Shown here: positions 27,578 to 36,800 of the stretch, piece after piece
Layout: every line of letters begins with the position of its first letter
Position numbering within the stretch: the first letter of the stretch is position 1
NCBI GenBank assembly: GCA_963810935.1
Contig: CAWEPK010000011.1
Span: 66,429 to 130,428 of the forward strand
Direction of reading: 5' to 3'
Length of the DNA stretch: 64,000 bases
DNA from: an uncultured delta proteobacterium
GTDB lineage: Bacteria > Desulfobacterota > Syntrophorhabdia > Syntrophorhabdales > WCHB1-27
The notes under the pieces: generated by a model
Database searches by the model: none
Seen by the model: only the letters and a program-made list of their open reading frames with translations
Told to the model about the DNA's origin: nothing
Position numbers and translations under genes: made by a program

Positions 27578-29236
27578 ATGCCAATACAAGGTTGTGCACC
27601 CTATGCGAGCGCCGATATCGAGAAGTATGCCGCGATGAGGTGGTGGCTCGGCATGACATGGGGGGATTTCTTCGACAAACATACCGATATATATCCCGAT
27701 AAAATCGGCCTGGTGGACGACGCGGGCCGATGGACCAACCGGGAACTCCGCCGGGCCGTCGACAAGCTGGCTGTCGGCCTCATGGAGCTGGGCATCAAGG
27801 AAAAAGACCGTGTCCTTTTGCAGCTTCCGAACTGGCACGAATTTATGTTTTCCTGGCTCGCCATCCAGAAGATTGGGGCTATCGTCGTCGTTTTGATTCC
27901 ACGGCACAGCGCGATGGAAATCAGCCATCTCGCCAGGCAGACGAAGCCCGTCGCCTGGATCCTTCCACAGCAGTACGGCAAGATCGCATACCAGCCGGTC
28001 ATCGATGCGGTATGCAAGGAAAACCCCGGGATAAAGCACGTAATCCAGGCAAGGACATCCGGAGAGACACCGCATCATACCCTCGACAAGCTGATGGCGC
28101 GCATGGAGCCGACCCGTCAGGAGCTAAAGGTCCTGGATGAGAGACGTCCCGACCCGGACGAGGTCTCCCAGATCCTCCCCACCGGCGGCACCACGGGAAT
28201 GCCGAAACTAAGCCCGCGCACGCACAATTGCTATTGGAATAATGTCGAGTATCATACTTACCGGTGGGAATTGACGAGCCGGGACACCTTGATGGTCATC
28301 ACGCCCCTGGGCCACAACCTGAGCGTCCACTGGGGCATGGCCGCATCCCTTTTTTGCCATGCCAAGCTCGTATTGCTCGATTCAACCAAGCCGGACGACA
28401 TATGCGCGTGGGTCCAGCAAGAGAAAGTAACGGCGATTCCGACTGTTCCCGCTTTGATAGCACGGGTCGTGCAGATGGAAAACCTCGGCGCCTATGACCT
28501 GAGCTCGCTCAAGAAGATATCGGTCGGCGGCGCCCCGAGCACTTACGAGCTGGTCAAGACCGTCGGTGAGAAGATCGGCGCACTTTTTGTCAACGGGTTC
28601 GGCTCGGTGGAGGGCACATGCTCTAGCACGATGCTGGGCGACAGCATCGACCTGATATGCGGCAGCGTGGGCAAGCCGATATGTCCTTACGACGAGCTGA
28701 AAATCGTCGACCAGGAAGACAGGGAAGTTCCCACCAACGTGGACGGTGAGCTCGTGTCGAAGGGTCCCGGCATTTTTACCGGTTATTTCGACTCTTCTGA
28801 GGAGGATAGGGCAAGAGTCTTTACAAAGGACGGATTTTTCAGGACCGGCGACCAGGCAAAGAAAGACGAGGCCGGCAATATCTGGGTCACGGGCCGCATC
28901 AAGGACATCATTATCCGGGGTGGTGAGAATATCAGCGCCGTGGAGATCGAGAATATGATGAGCACGCATCCGGCCGTCGCCGATTCCGCCGTAGTCGGCA
29001 TGCCAGACAAGATCCTCGGCGAGAGGACGTGCGCCTTTATAGTTCCGAAACCCGGCTCTACGCCCACGCTCGAAGGCATCGTCTCCTTTCTTAAGGAGCA
29101 AGGGGCCTCGGTCCTGCAGCTCCCCGAAAGGATAGAGGTCGTGGAAGACCTGCCCATGACGAAGGTGGGCAAGGTGGATAAGAAGGGCCTCAGGGAAGTG
29201 ATCAAGAAGAAGATGGAGGCAGAAGGAAAGATATAG
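27578..29236 (+). CDS. Aryl/acyl-CoA ligase (2,3-dihydroxybenzoate-AMP ligase-like clade)
   Basis: PTGGTTGMPK, GFGSVEG, FRTGD, GRIKDIIIRGGENI, KVGKVDK. Confidence 0.9.
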   Translation: MPIQGCAPYASADIEKYAAMRWWLGMTWGDFFDKHTDIYPDKIGLVDDAGRWTNRELRRAVDKLAVGLMELGIKEKDRVLLQLPNWHEFMFSWLAIQKIGAIVVVLIPRHSAMEISHLARQTKPVAWILPQQYGKIAYQPVIDAVCKENPGIKHVIQARTSGETPHHTLDKLMARMEPTRQELKVLDERRPDPDEVSQILPTGGTTGMPKLSPRTHNCYWNNVEYHTYRWELTSRDTLMVITPLGHNLSVHWGMAASLFCHAKLVLLDSTKPDDICAWVQQEKVTAIPTVPALIARVVQMENLGAYDLSSLKKISVGGAPSTYELVKTVGEKIGALFVNGFGSVEGTCSSTMLGDSIDLICGSVGKPICPYDELKIVDQEDREVPTNVDGELVSKGPGIFTGYFDSSEEDRARVFTKDGFFRTGDQAKKDEAGNIWVTGRIKDIIIRGGENISAVEIENMMSTHPAVADSAVVGMPDKILGERTCAFIVPKPGSTPTLEGIVSFLKEQGASVLQLPERIEVVEDLPMTKVGKVDKKGLREVIKKKMEAEGKI

Positions 29237-29269
29237 CTGCGCGTAAATTTCTACAAGGAGGGGCAAAGC

Positions 29270-31555
29270 ATGCAGAAGGAAGAGTATCAGGTAGTAGGCA
29301 AGCCCGTTGAGAGAACGGACGGAAGGGTCAAAGCGACGGGCAAGGCGCGTTATGCCGGGGACCTCATTGCGCCGGGTATGATTTACGGCAAGATACTGCG
29401 GAGCACCGTAGCCCATGCAAATATACTGAACATCGATACGAGCGCCGCAAAAAAGCTTCCCGGGGTGATGGCCGTCATCACGGGAAAGGATTTCCCCGGC
29501 ATCCCTTTCGGTACCAGGCCCGACACGAGGGACCAGACACCCATGCCCATCACCAAGGTGCACCATTTCGGCGAAGGGGTGGCCGCCGTTGCCGCCATTG
29601 ACGAGGATACGGCGGAAGAGGCCCTCGACCTCATTAAAGTGGAATACGAAGAGCTGCCCGTCGTTCTGACCGCCGAAGATGCGTTGCGGCCGGACGCCCC
29701 CCTCGTCAATGAGTTCTCTTCCAGCAATATTGCCTATACATCGGATTTCAGGTTCGGAGATCCGGACGCGGGCTTTAAAGAGGCGGACTACGTCAGGGAA
29801 GAAAAGTTCAGCTCCCAGCGGGTTGCCGTCGGTTTCATCGAGCCACACGCCTGCCTCGCCGAAGTGGACGCAACGGGCAGGGTCCTTCTGCAAGGATCCA
29901 AACAGAGTCCGTATCCGACCTGGCGCCATATGTGCAGGGCCCTCGACCTTCCCCTCTCCAAGATGCGCCTCGTGACGCCTTTCGTGGGCGGGGCCTTCTC
30001 CGGGAAGCATGACCCCTTCGATGTCGATTTTGCGGCAGTCAAACTGGCGCAGATCACCAACCGGCCGGTGAAGATCGTGCTCAACTACGATGAAGTGCTC
30101 GCCGGATACCGGCAGCGCAACGCCATGGACGCAGTTCTCAAGATGGGGGTGAAGAAGGATGGCAGGATTACGGCCGTCAAGGCTGAATGCGTCCTGGAAG
30201 GCGGACCGATCGCCGGCATAGGGCCGTTCAATATCTATTTCTTCGGGGCATGGCTTAACCTCCCCTACAAGGTGCCCGCTGTTGAATATCACGGCAAGCT
30301 GGTTTACTCCAACAGAGCGCCCTGCGGCACGGTGAGAGGTCAGGAGATCGTGCTGGCGCAGTACGCGGTAGACTCCCTGCTCGGTATTGTGGCCGAGGAC
30401 CTCGGCATCGACCAGGTGGAGATACGGGCCCTTAATGCGGTAACGAGCAACTATACGACTGCAAACGGCGTCGTCGTCGATGTGTGCGGCCTGCCGGAAT
30501 GCATAGAAAAATCGGCGGCATCCATCTCCTGGAAGGAGAGCAGGAAGTCGCGGCCCAAGGGTACGGGTATCGGCTTTAGCTGTGCGTCACACCCGTCGGG
30601 TGTGCGGTTGGGCGGTCACTTCGGATCGTCGGTACTCCTGAAATTACAGGAGGACGGGAAGGTGATGCTGACCCACGGCGGCACGGAGATCGGCCAGGGG
30701 GCCAACACCGTCTTTTGCCAGATGGCCGCCGAGACCCTCGGCATCCCGTTCGAGGACGTTATTCAGGGACCGAGCGATTCGGATACGGCTATCCTCGATT
30801 CCGGCATGTTCTCCGACCGCTGCACTTACTGGGACGGGAACGCAACGATTGCAGCAGCCAATGATTTGAAGCAACAGCTCGCGGTCCTTGCTGCGAAGAA
30901 ACTCCAGGCAAAACCGGAAGACCTTGAGTTCAAGAACTCCAGGGTCTACGTGAAAGGCAAGCCCGAGAAGTCCATCAGCATCCTGGACCCCGTCAGGACC
31001 GCCTACTATGACAACGGCACCCCGCTTTACGGGAAGGGCTATTGGGCTGCGACCGACATTGACCTCGTCAACTGGAAGACGGGGGCCGGCAACCTGGCCC
31101 ACGGCATAGATTTCATCGCCACGGCGGTCGAGATGGACGTGGACATGAAGACCGGACAGGTGACCCTGCGCAAGGGGGTAAGCGGTGATGACGCCGGCCA
31201 GCCCATCCACCCGGTCATGCTTGAAGGCCAGGTGAACGGCGGCTCTGCGCACATGACGGGTCATGCCCTTCTGGAAGAATGCCTTTACGACGAAAAGGGC
31301 CGCATGCTCAACTACAGTTGGCGGGATTACAAGCAGCCTACGGCGCTCGATACGCCAGAATACGTGGTCGATCACGTCCACACCCATGACCCTTACGGAC
31401 CATTCGGCGCGAAGGGGGCAGGCGAGGCAAGCTCCTGTTCGACCATCGCCGCGATCGCTAACGGCATCTACGATGCAGTAGGGGTAAGGATTACGGACCT
31501 CCCTATCACACCCGAGAAAATACTGAGAGAACTGAAGAAAAAGGAGGCCAAGTAA
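29270..31555 (+). CDS. Xanthine dehydrogenase family Mo-binding subunit
   Basis: GGAFSGK, VRGQE, EIGQG, EGQVNGG, GAKGAGE. Confidence 0.9.
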   Translation: MQKEEYQVVGKPVERTDGRVKATGKARYAGDLIAPGMIYGKILRSTVAHANILNIDTSAAKKLPGVMAVITGKDFPGIPFGTRPDTRDQTPMPITKVHHFGEGVAAVAAIDEDTAEEALDLIKVEYEELPVVLTAEDALRPDAPLVNEFSSSNIAYTSDFRFGDPDAGFKEADYVREEKFSSQRVAVGFIEPHACLAEVDATGRVLLQGSKQSPYPTWRHMCRALDLPLSKMRLVTPFVGGAFSGKHDPFDVDFAAVKLAQITNRPVKIVLNYDEVLAGYRQRNAMDAVLKMGVKKDGRITAVKAECVLEGGPIAGIGPFNIYFFGAWLNLPYKVPAVEYHGKLVYSNRAPCGTVRGQEIVLAQYAVDSLLGIVAEDLGIDQVEIRALNAVTSNYTTANGVVVDVCGLPECIEKSAASISWKESRKSRPKGTGIGFSCASHPSGVRLGGHFGSSVLLKLQEDGKVMLTHGGTEIGQGANTVFCQMAAETLGIPFEDVIQGPSDSDTAILDSGMFSDRCTYWDGNATIAAANDLKQQLAVLAAKKLQAKPEDLEFKNSRVYVKGKPEKSISILDPVRTAYYDNGTPLYGKGYWAATDIDLVNWKTGAGNLAHGIDFIATAVEMDVDMKTGQVTLRKGVSGDDAGQPIHPVMLEGQVNGGSAHMTGHALLEECLYDEKGRMLNYSWRDYKQPTALDTPEYVVDHVHTHDPYGPFGAKGAGEASSCSTIAAIANGIYDAVGVRITDLPITPEKILRELKKKEAK

Positions 31556-32427
31556 TGTTCATCAGAAGATTACCTAAATTCGCCTACCATACCCCCACCT
31601 CCCTTACCGAGGCATTGGACCTCCTTGCCTCCTACGGTAACGATGCCAAGCTGCTGGCGGGTGGGACGGACCTTCTTCTCGCCATGAAGAAGCGCACGAA
31701 GACCCCAGCGCATGTTATCAACCTAAAAACGATCCCCGGCCTCTCGGGTATAGCCGGCGACGCGAAAGGTCTCCGCATAGGCGCTCTGACAACGATGGCA
31801 GACATCATGCGATCGACCCTCGTGAAAGAGACCTACACGCCGCTCTGGGACGCTGTCTCCGTGATGGGTTCTCCCCAGGTCCGAACCCTCGCGACGCTGG
31901 GAGGCAACCTGGTCAGCGCCGTTCCTTCCTCGGACATGGCGCCGCCGCTCATCGTGCTCTCCGCCCAGGCCCATTTTGTCGGTCCCTCCGGCGAGCGGAC
32001 CTGCCCCGTGGAGGCACTCTTCGCCGCTCCCTCGACGTGCAGCCTCGGGCCGACCGACATTTTGACCCATGTCACCGTTCCCTTTCCTCAAGGGAAAGGC
32101 GCGTACCTGAAGCTCATGCGGCGTGCTGCCCTGGACCTTGCCCTGGTGGGTGTCGCCGCTTATATCTGCCTCGACGGCGACAAGGTCTGCACCCACGCCA
32201 GGATCGCCCTCGGCGCGGTGGCCCCCACGCCGATCAGGGCGACGGCGGCGGAGGCAATGATCGAGGGCAAGGTCTTCACGCAGGGGCTGGCCGCTGAGGC
32301 GGGGAGGTCTTCAGGGACGGAGTGCTTCCCGATCACCGATGTCCGCTCGTCGCTGGAATACCGCTGCAACATGGTGGAAGTGCTTACCGAACGGGCACTG
32401 CTCGAAGCACTGAGACGATCAAATTAA
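31555..32427 (+). CDS. FAD-binding subunit (CoxM-like)
   Basis: AGGTDL, RTLATLGGNL, ALGAVAPTP. Confidence 0.92.
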   Translation: MFIRRLPKFAYHTPTSLTEALDLLASYGNDAKLLAGGTDLLLAMKKRTKTPAHVINLKTIPGLSGIAGDAKGLRIGALTTMADIMRSTLVKETYTPLWDAVSVMGSPQVRTLATLGGNLVSAVPSSDMAPPLIVLSAQAHFVGPSGERTCPVEALFAAPSTCSLGPTDILTHVTVPFPQGKGAYLKLMRRAALDLALVGVAAYICLDGDKVCTHARIALGAVAPTPIRATAAEAMIEGKVFTQGLAAEAGRSSGTECFPITDVRSSLEYRCNMVEVLTERALLEALRRSN

Positions 32428-32438
32428 GGAGGAACCCG

Positions 32439-32918
32439 ATGACAAGCCTCGTGCCCCTGACGCTCACCGTAAATGAGATTACCTATACGATCACCGTAGA
32501 ATCCCACCTCACGCTGCTTGAGGTGCTGAGAGACAAGATGGGCCTCACCGGGACAAAGAAGTCCTGCAACGAAGGAGAGTGCGGCGCCTGCACCGTCATT
32601 ATGGACGGCAAGCCCGTCGCCTCCTGCCTGGTTCTGGCCCTGGACGCGCAGAACGCAAACATCACCACCATCGAAGGGCTCGCCGAAGGCGAGAAGCTCC
32701 ACCCGCTCCAGGTGGCTTTCGTGCAAAACGGGGGAATCCAATGCGGTTACTGCACCCCGGGCATGATCATGTCTGCCAAGGCTTTGCTCAATGAGAATCC
32801 CGATCCTACGCCCCTTGAGGTAAGGACGGCGATTTCCGGCAATCTCTGCCGTTGCACCGGGTATCAGCAGATTGTCGATTCAGTCATCGCGGCAGCGAGG
32901 ACAATGCGAGAAGAGTAA
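32439..32918 (+). CDS. [2Fe-2S]-binding subunit
   Basis: CNEGECGACT, QCGYC, NLCRCTGY. Confidence 0.92.
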   Translation: MTSLVPLTLTVNEITYTITVESHLTLLEVLRDKMGLTGTKKSCNEGECGACTVIMDGKPVASCLVLALDAQNANITTIEGLAEGEKLHPLQVAFVQNGGIQCGYCTPGMIMSAKALLNENPDPTPLEVRTAISGNLCRCTGYQQIVDSVIAAARTMREE

Positions 32919-33008
32919 CCGCCGATAGAATGAAAGGCATAGTGCGCAGCAGGCTGTATAGTTCGTCTGTCCTGCCGCACGCCAGGCGAGGAGGTGAAAA
33001 ACGAAGCT

Positions 33009-33293
33009 ATGAAGATATCGCTGCGGTCAAACGTGGTGCTCCCGGGCATGGGGCAGGAGGAGAGCCTGGAAATTGAAAAGGGAAAAATAACGCTCCGGGA
33101 ATTCCTTGAACAGCTTTCGATGATGTCGGGGCGACAGAACATGAAATACGTGGAACCGGGCGCGCAGGAGCCTTCCGAGGACTGGGAAGTGCTTATTAAC
33201 GATCGAGGCGTGCAGGAATCGGGGGGCATGGATACCGACCTCAATGAGGGCGATGCGGTTACGGTTAACATGCAGGTCATTGGAGGAGGATAG
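33009..33293 (+). CDS. MoaD/ThiS family ubiquitin-like sulfur carrier
   Basis: 94 aa, VLINDR...LNEGDAV...VIGGG C-terminal diglycine. Confidence 0.75.
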   Translation: MKISLRSNVVLPGMGQEESLEIEKGKITLREFLEQLSMMSGRQNMKYVEPGAQEPSEDWEVLINDRGVQESGGMDTDLNEGDAVTVNMQVIGGG

Positions 33294-33410
33294 GATATCG
33301 GACGATGGGCGCCCGTTATTAATATCGGGCGTCGGCTCGTCCCGAAAAAATGAAAGGCTTTGCAAAACTTAGGGGGGCTGCAAAGGTAATTAAAAAAAGG
33401 GGAGGCCAAG

Positions 33411-34478
33411 ATGCAAAGAAAAGTCGTGATACTCATGTTTGTCCTCGTGTTTCTCTTTTCACTTTCTTCCGTGACGTGTGCGGACGTGATCAAGCTCAAG
33501 CTCGCGAACTTCTTTCCGCCCACGCATATGAACTCGGCAATGCTGGCCAAGTACTGTGAAGAGCTGAACAAGAAGCTGGCCGGTAAAGTGGAGATCATCC
33601 AGTACACGGGTGGTACGCTGCTTACAGCGCCCAAGATGGCGGTAGGCGTCTCGACCGGTATCGCAGATATCGGTTTCTCCCATTGTTCCTATTCGAGAGG
33701 CCGGTTCCCGGTCATGGAGATCATGGAGCTGCCCCTCGGTTTTCCAAGCCCCTGGATAGCCGGCCACGTGTCGAACGATTTCTACGAAAAGTTCAAACCG
33801 AAGGAATGGGACAACTACCATCCCATCATATTCTCTACGAGCCCCGTGAACGTGGTCCAGACTCTCAGCAAACCGGTGAGGAGCCTGGAAGACCTTAAGG
33901 GCCTGAAGATCAGGGGCGCCGGGAGGATCGGGGACATAGCGAAAGCCCTGGGCGCCATACCGGTACCGCTTGAGATGGCGGACCTGTACGAGTCCCTGAG
34001 GAGGGGCGTCGTGGAGGGCAACTACGGTCCCATGGAACAACTCAAAGGCTGGAAGGTAGGGGAGGTCCAGAAATTCGTGACGCCTTCGTGGAAGGTAGGG
34101 AGCGTTTTTTCCTTCTACCTCGTGATGAACAAACATAAATGGAACAGTCTCCCCGCGGATGTGCGAAAGATCATTACCGATTATTCCACGAACGACTTCC
34201 TCCCGCGCTGGCTGGCGGAATGGAACGCCATAGACATAGGGGGCCTCGAGTTCTTCCAGAAACAGGGCGGCCAGATTCTACCCCCTCTTTCAGACGCTGA
34301 AAACGCCAAGTGGATAAAGGCCGCGGAGCCCGTGATAACCGATTTCAAAAAGGACATAATCGCCAAGGGCTACAAACCTGCAGAGGTTGACGGCTGGCTG
34401 AACTTTATCCGGGAGCGCATCGAATATTGGAAGGTCCAGGAAAAGGCAATGAAGATACCGACGGCGTACCAATACTAG
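33411..34478 (+). CDS. dctP: TRAP solute-binding protein (DctP), close paralog of 4452-5516
   Basis: Signal peptide, GGTLLTAPKMA, RGRFPVME, DLKGLKIRG. Confidence 0.9.
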   Translation: MQRKVVILMFVLVFLFSLSSVTCADVIKLKLANFFPPTHMNSAMLAKYCEELNKKLAGKVEIIQYTGGTLLTAPKMAVGVSTGIADIGFSHCSYSRGRFPVMEIMELPLGFPSPWIAGHVSNDFYEKFKPKEWDNYHPIIFSTSPVNVVQTLSKPVRSLEDLKGLKIRGAGRIGDIAKALGAIPVPLEMADLYESLRRGVVEGNYGPMEQLKGWKVGEVQKFVTPSWKVGSVFSFYLVMNKHKWNSLPADVRKIITDYSTNDFLPRWLAEWNAIDIGGLEFFQKQGGQILPPLSDAENAKWIKAAEPVITDFKKDIIAKGYKPAEVDGWLNFIRERIEYWKVQEKAMKIPTAYQY

Positions 34479-34499
34479 CGCCGGGTAGTTGCGTATGCA

Positions 34500-34528
34500 G
34501 GGGGTTCGAGGCTCTCGAACCCCTTTTT
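34500..34528 (+). terminator. Rho-independent terminator
   Basis: GGGGTTCGAG-GCT-CTCGAACCCC followed by TTTTT. Confidence 0.8.
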
Positions 34529-34560
34529 AAGAGAGCATCCGTCGAACTAATGGCGTAAGG

Positions 34561-34779
34561 TCACGTGGTTATCAGCATTACGAGCACTTGCGTAAAGTAA
34601 AAATGTCCTATTCCGGTCTTCCGGCGTACGAGCCGCAAAATCCCGATGAGTGGAGGGAGTATGTAAAAGGATGGTTGGCCGATCAGAGCTTGGAGGGGGA
34701 TTTGGTCGTTCTTGCCGGGGGACCTTGGTCGAAGCACACGGAGGCCAACCACCGCGCGGAGATCATTGACCTTACCTGA
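34561..34779 (+). pseudogene. Remnant resembling the C-terminus of a deltaproteobacterial pyruvate kinase
   Basis: SYSGLPAYEPQNPDEW...GDLVVLAGGPWSKHTEANHRAEIIDL; no intact upstream frame. Confidence 0.45.
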
Positions 34780-34807
34780 GTGATAATGGGACAATACGAA
34801 GGAAGCT

Positions 34808-36193
34808 ATGTCTGAATCCGATCCCATCTCCCTTCCCGAATGCCGTTTTGCCCTTGCCGATTCCATCGCTTTTCTGAACCCCGATCACTGGGACCTCGTG
34901 GCGGCGCGCTCCGGCCTGTTCCTCTCGCGTCCTTTCCTTCATCTCATGGAACAGCACCTCCCGGACAACCTGTCCACGCATTATGCCATCGTTTATACGG
35001 GTGACCGGCCCGTTGTTTTGGTGGTCGCGCAAAGCCTTGAGATTCGGGTTGCGGACCTGTCCCCCGGGAGACTTTCCGAAACGACGCCCGGTTTTTGGCA
35101 TTCCCTGGGAAAAGCTTCGCAAAACTCCATCAGCCGGGTTCGCAAGCGGGTCCTGCTCTACGACAACCTCTTGCTGTGGCCGCTACGAGAGGAAGCTGCG
35201 CCGCCGGCCGCCCCCGGGGAGTCGTGGCCAGACGTGGCCGCAAACCTTTGGCGCCGCTTTCGGCACTTGTTGAAGGTTGCGGAACGCGCTGCGGAATTCC
35301 CGGTTGCGTGGGTCCACTTGCGTTTTTTAGTCTGCGGAAACCTGCTCTCGACGGGTCCGCACGGCTTTGCCTTCGCCGGGCGCGAAGACCCGGCGAGGCT
35401 CTGGCCGGCGGTCGTAGAGGCGCTTAACCGCATAAGGAGGTCCGGCACAATCTTCGGCGAGTCGGACATGGTGATGATAAAGGACCTGACGGACGAGCAG
35501 GCCGGGGCGGGGGCGGCCTTGCGGAATTTTAATTTTCGCCGCTTCGAGACGGAGCCGAACATGGTGCTTGAGCTGAAGCCATCCTGGGCCGGCTTCGACG
35601 ATTGCCTCAACGACATGAAGTCCGCTTATCGGACCAGGATAAAGAAGACCCTGCAAAGCCTGGATGAATCGGGAATCGTGATCGAGCGCATTACTCCGGA
35701 TCAGGTGGAGGCCTCTGCCGCCGAAATCTATGGGCTTTACCACCAGGTGCACGACCGCAAGAAGCTGCGCCTGGCGACTATCGGGGAGAAGTGGATCCCC
35801 GCCCTTGCGCGGCATTACGAGAACGACTTTCGCACCGTGGTGGCCCGTCCCAGACAGGGCGGCAAGATCCTCGGCTTCATCACGCTAATCCGGGACAGAG
35901 AGAGCGCCTTTGGCTACTACATGGGCTTCGACAAGGCCGCGGCGGCCGGAGGTCTTCCGCTTTACGTGTCCCTGGTTTACGCATGCGTGGCCCAGGCAAT
36001 CGAGATGCGGGTGTCTCGTGTCGTCCTGGGCCGCACGGCTCTGGGGCCCAAGGCCCAGATCGGCGCCAAACCTCAGACGATGTACGATTACGTGCGACAC
36101 CGGAGCTCGGTCCTCAACCTGGCGGTCCCCAGCATCCTGGCCGTTCTTCCCGCGCCAAAAAAGGCCCCCGACCGCAATCCGTTCAAAAAATAG
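34808..36193 (+). CDS. GNAT/FemAB-like acyltransferase-fold protein with an internal duplication
   Basis: CGNLLS, MVMIKD, EPNMVL...FDDCL..MKSAYR, LGRTALGPKAQIGAKP. Confidence 0.7.
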   Translation: MSESDPISLPECRFALADSIAFLNPDHWDLVAARSGLFLSRPFLHLMEQHLPDNLSTHYAIVYTGDRPVVLVVAQSLEIRVADLSPGRLSETTPGFWHSLGKASQNSISRVRKRVLLYDNLLLWPLREEAAPPAAPGESWPDVAANLWRRFRHLLKVAERAAEFPVAWVHLRFLVCGNLLSTGPHGFAFAGREDPARLWPAVVEALNRIRRSGTIFGESDMVMIKDLTDEQAGAGAALRNFNFRRFETEPNMVLELKPSWAGFDDCLNDMKSAYRTRIKKTLQSLDESGIVIERITPDQVEASAAEIYGLYHQVHDRKKLRLATIGEKWIPALARHYENDFRTVVARPRQGGKILGFITLIRDRESAFGYYMGFDKAAAAGGLPLYVSLVYACVAQAIEMRVSRVVLGRTALGPKAQIGAKPQTMYDYVRHRSSVLNLAVPSILAVLPAPKKAPDRNPFKK

Positions 36194-36611
36194 CAGGCGG
36201 AGTGATATAAGCCTTTGCTAATTGAAAGCCTCACATAGTAGGCACATCGCAAGGTCCATGCTTTTCCGTGGCGACCGTGGTATAATAACCACGTTACACA
36301 GGTGGCTATCAACAATAAACCCACGTTTAACCGCTTCTGCGTATTCCTGAAAAGCCATCCGAGGCTGGGGGTTCTGTCAGTAAACCCCTGACAACAGAAA
36401 GGTACCGTTGCAGGCTGCGAACGGTCATCTCACATATTGATCGTCGATACGACACCAAACAATGGACCCGGGCAGGAAGTGTCAAATATGGACAACAGTA
36501 CGAGCGCGAAAACCTTCAATGGCCAACGGCGAGTCTGATAGAAGATGAAACTTTTGTTTACGTTAAGAGCTAGTTGATCGGTACGGCATCGTCAAATTGC
36601 GAGAAGCATCT

Positions 36612-36800
36612 ATGAAAATTGAGGATATTATCGATAAACCTTCCATCGAAGCAGCACCCTCGAGTCTCGCAGACTTCGACAGGATGTTGCTTGACCGGAA
36701 CATCACTTGCTTGAACGCCACGATCAGTTGCGCATTGGGCAGGAGTGATATAGGCAGGGAGCTTGATGAGTTTATCAAGAACCTGAATCGTGAAGGATGA
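36612..36800 (+). CDS. Small hypothetical ORF translationally coupled to the glucan synthase
   Basis: 62 aa; stop overlaps the synthase ATG (ATGA). Confidence 0.4.
   Translation: MKIEDIIDKPSIEAAPSSLADFDRMLLDRNITCLNATISCALGRSDIGRELDEFIKNLNREG

Noticed and set aside
27578..29236. Siderophore/NRPS adenylation domain (EntE/DhbE)
   Set aside because: No carrier protein or NRPS genes nearby; the catabolic context favours a CoA ligase
36340..36480. Assignment as a known c-di-AMP, c-di-GMP or Moco riboswitch, or 6S RNA
   Set aside because: Key consensus segments are absent; kept only as an unassigned candidate
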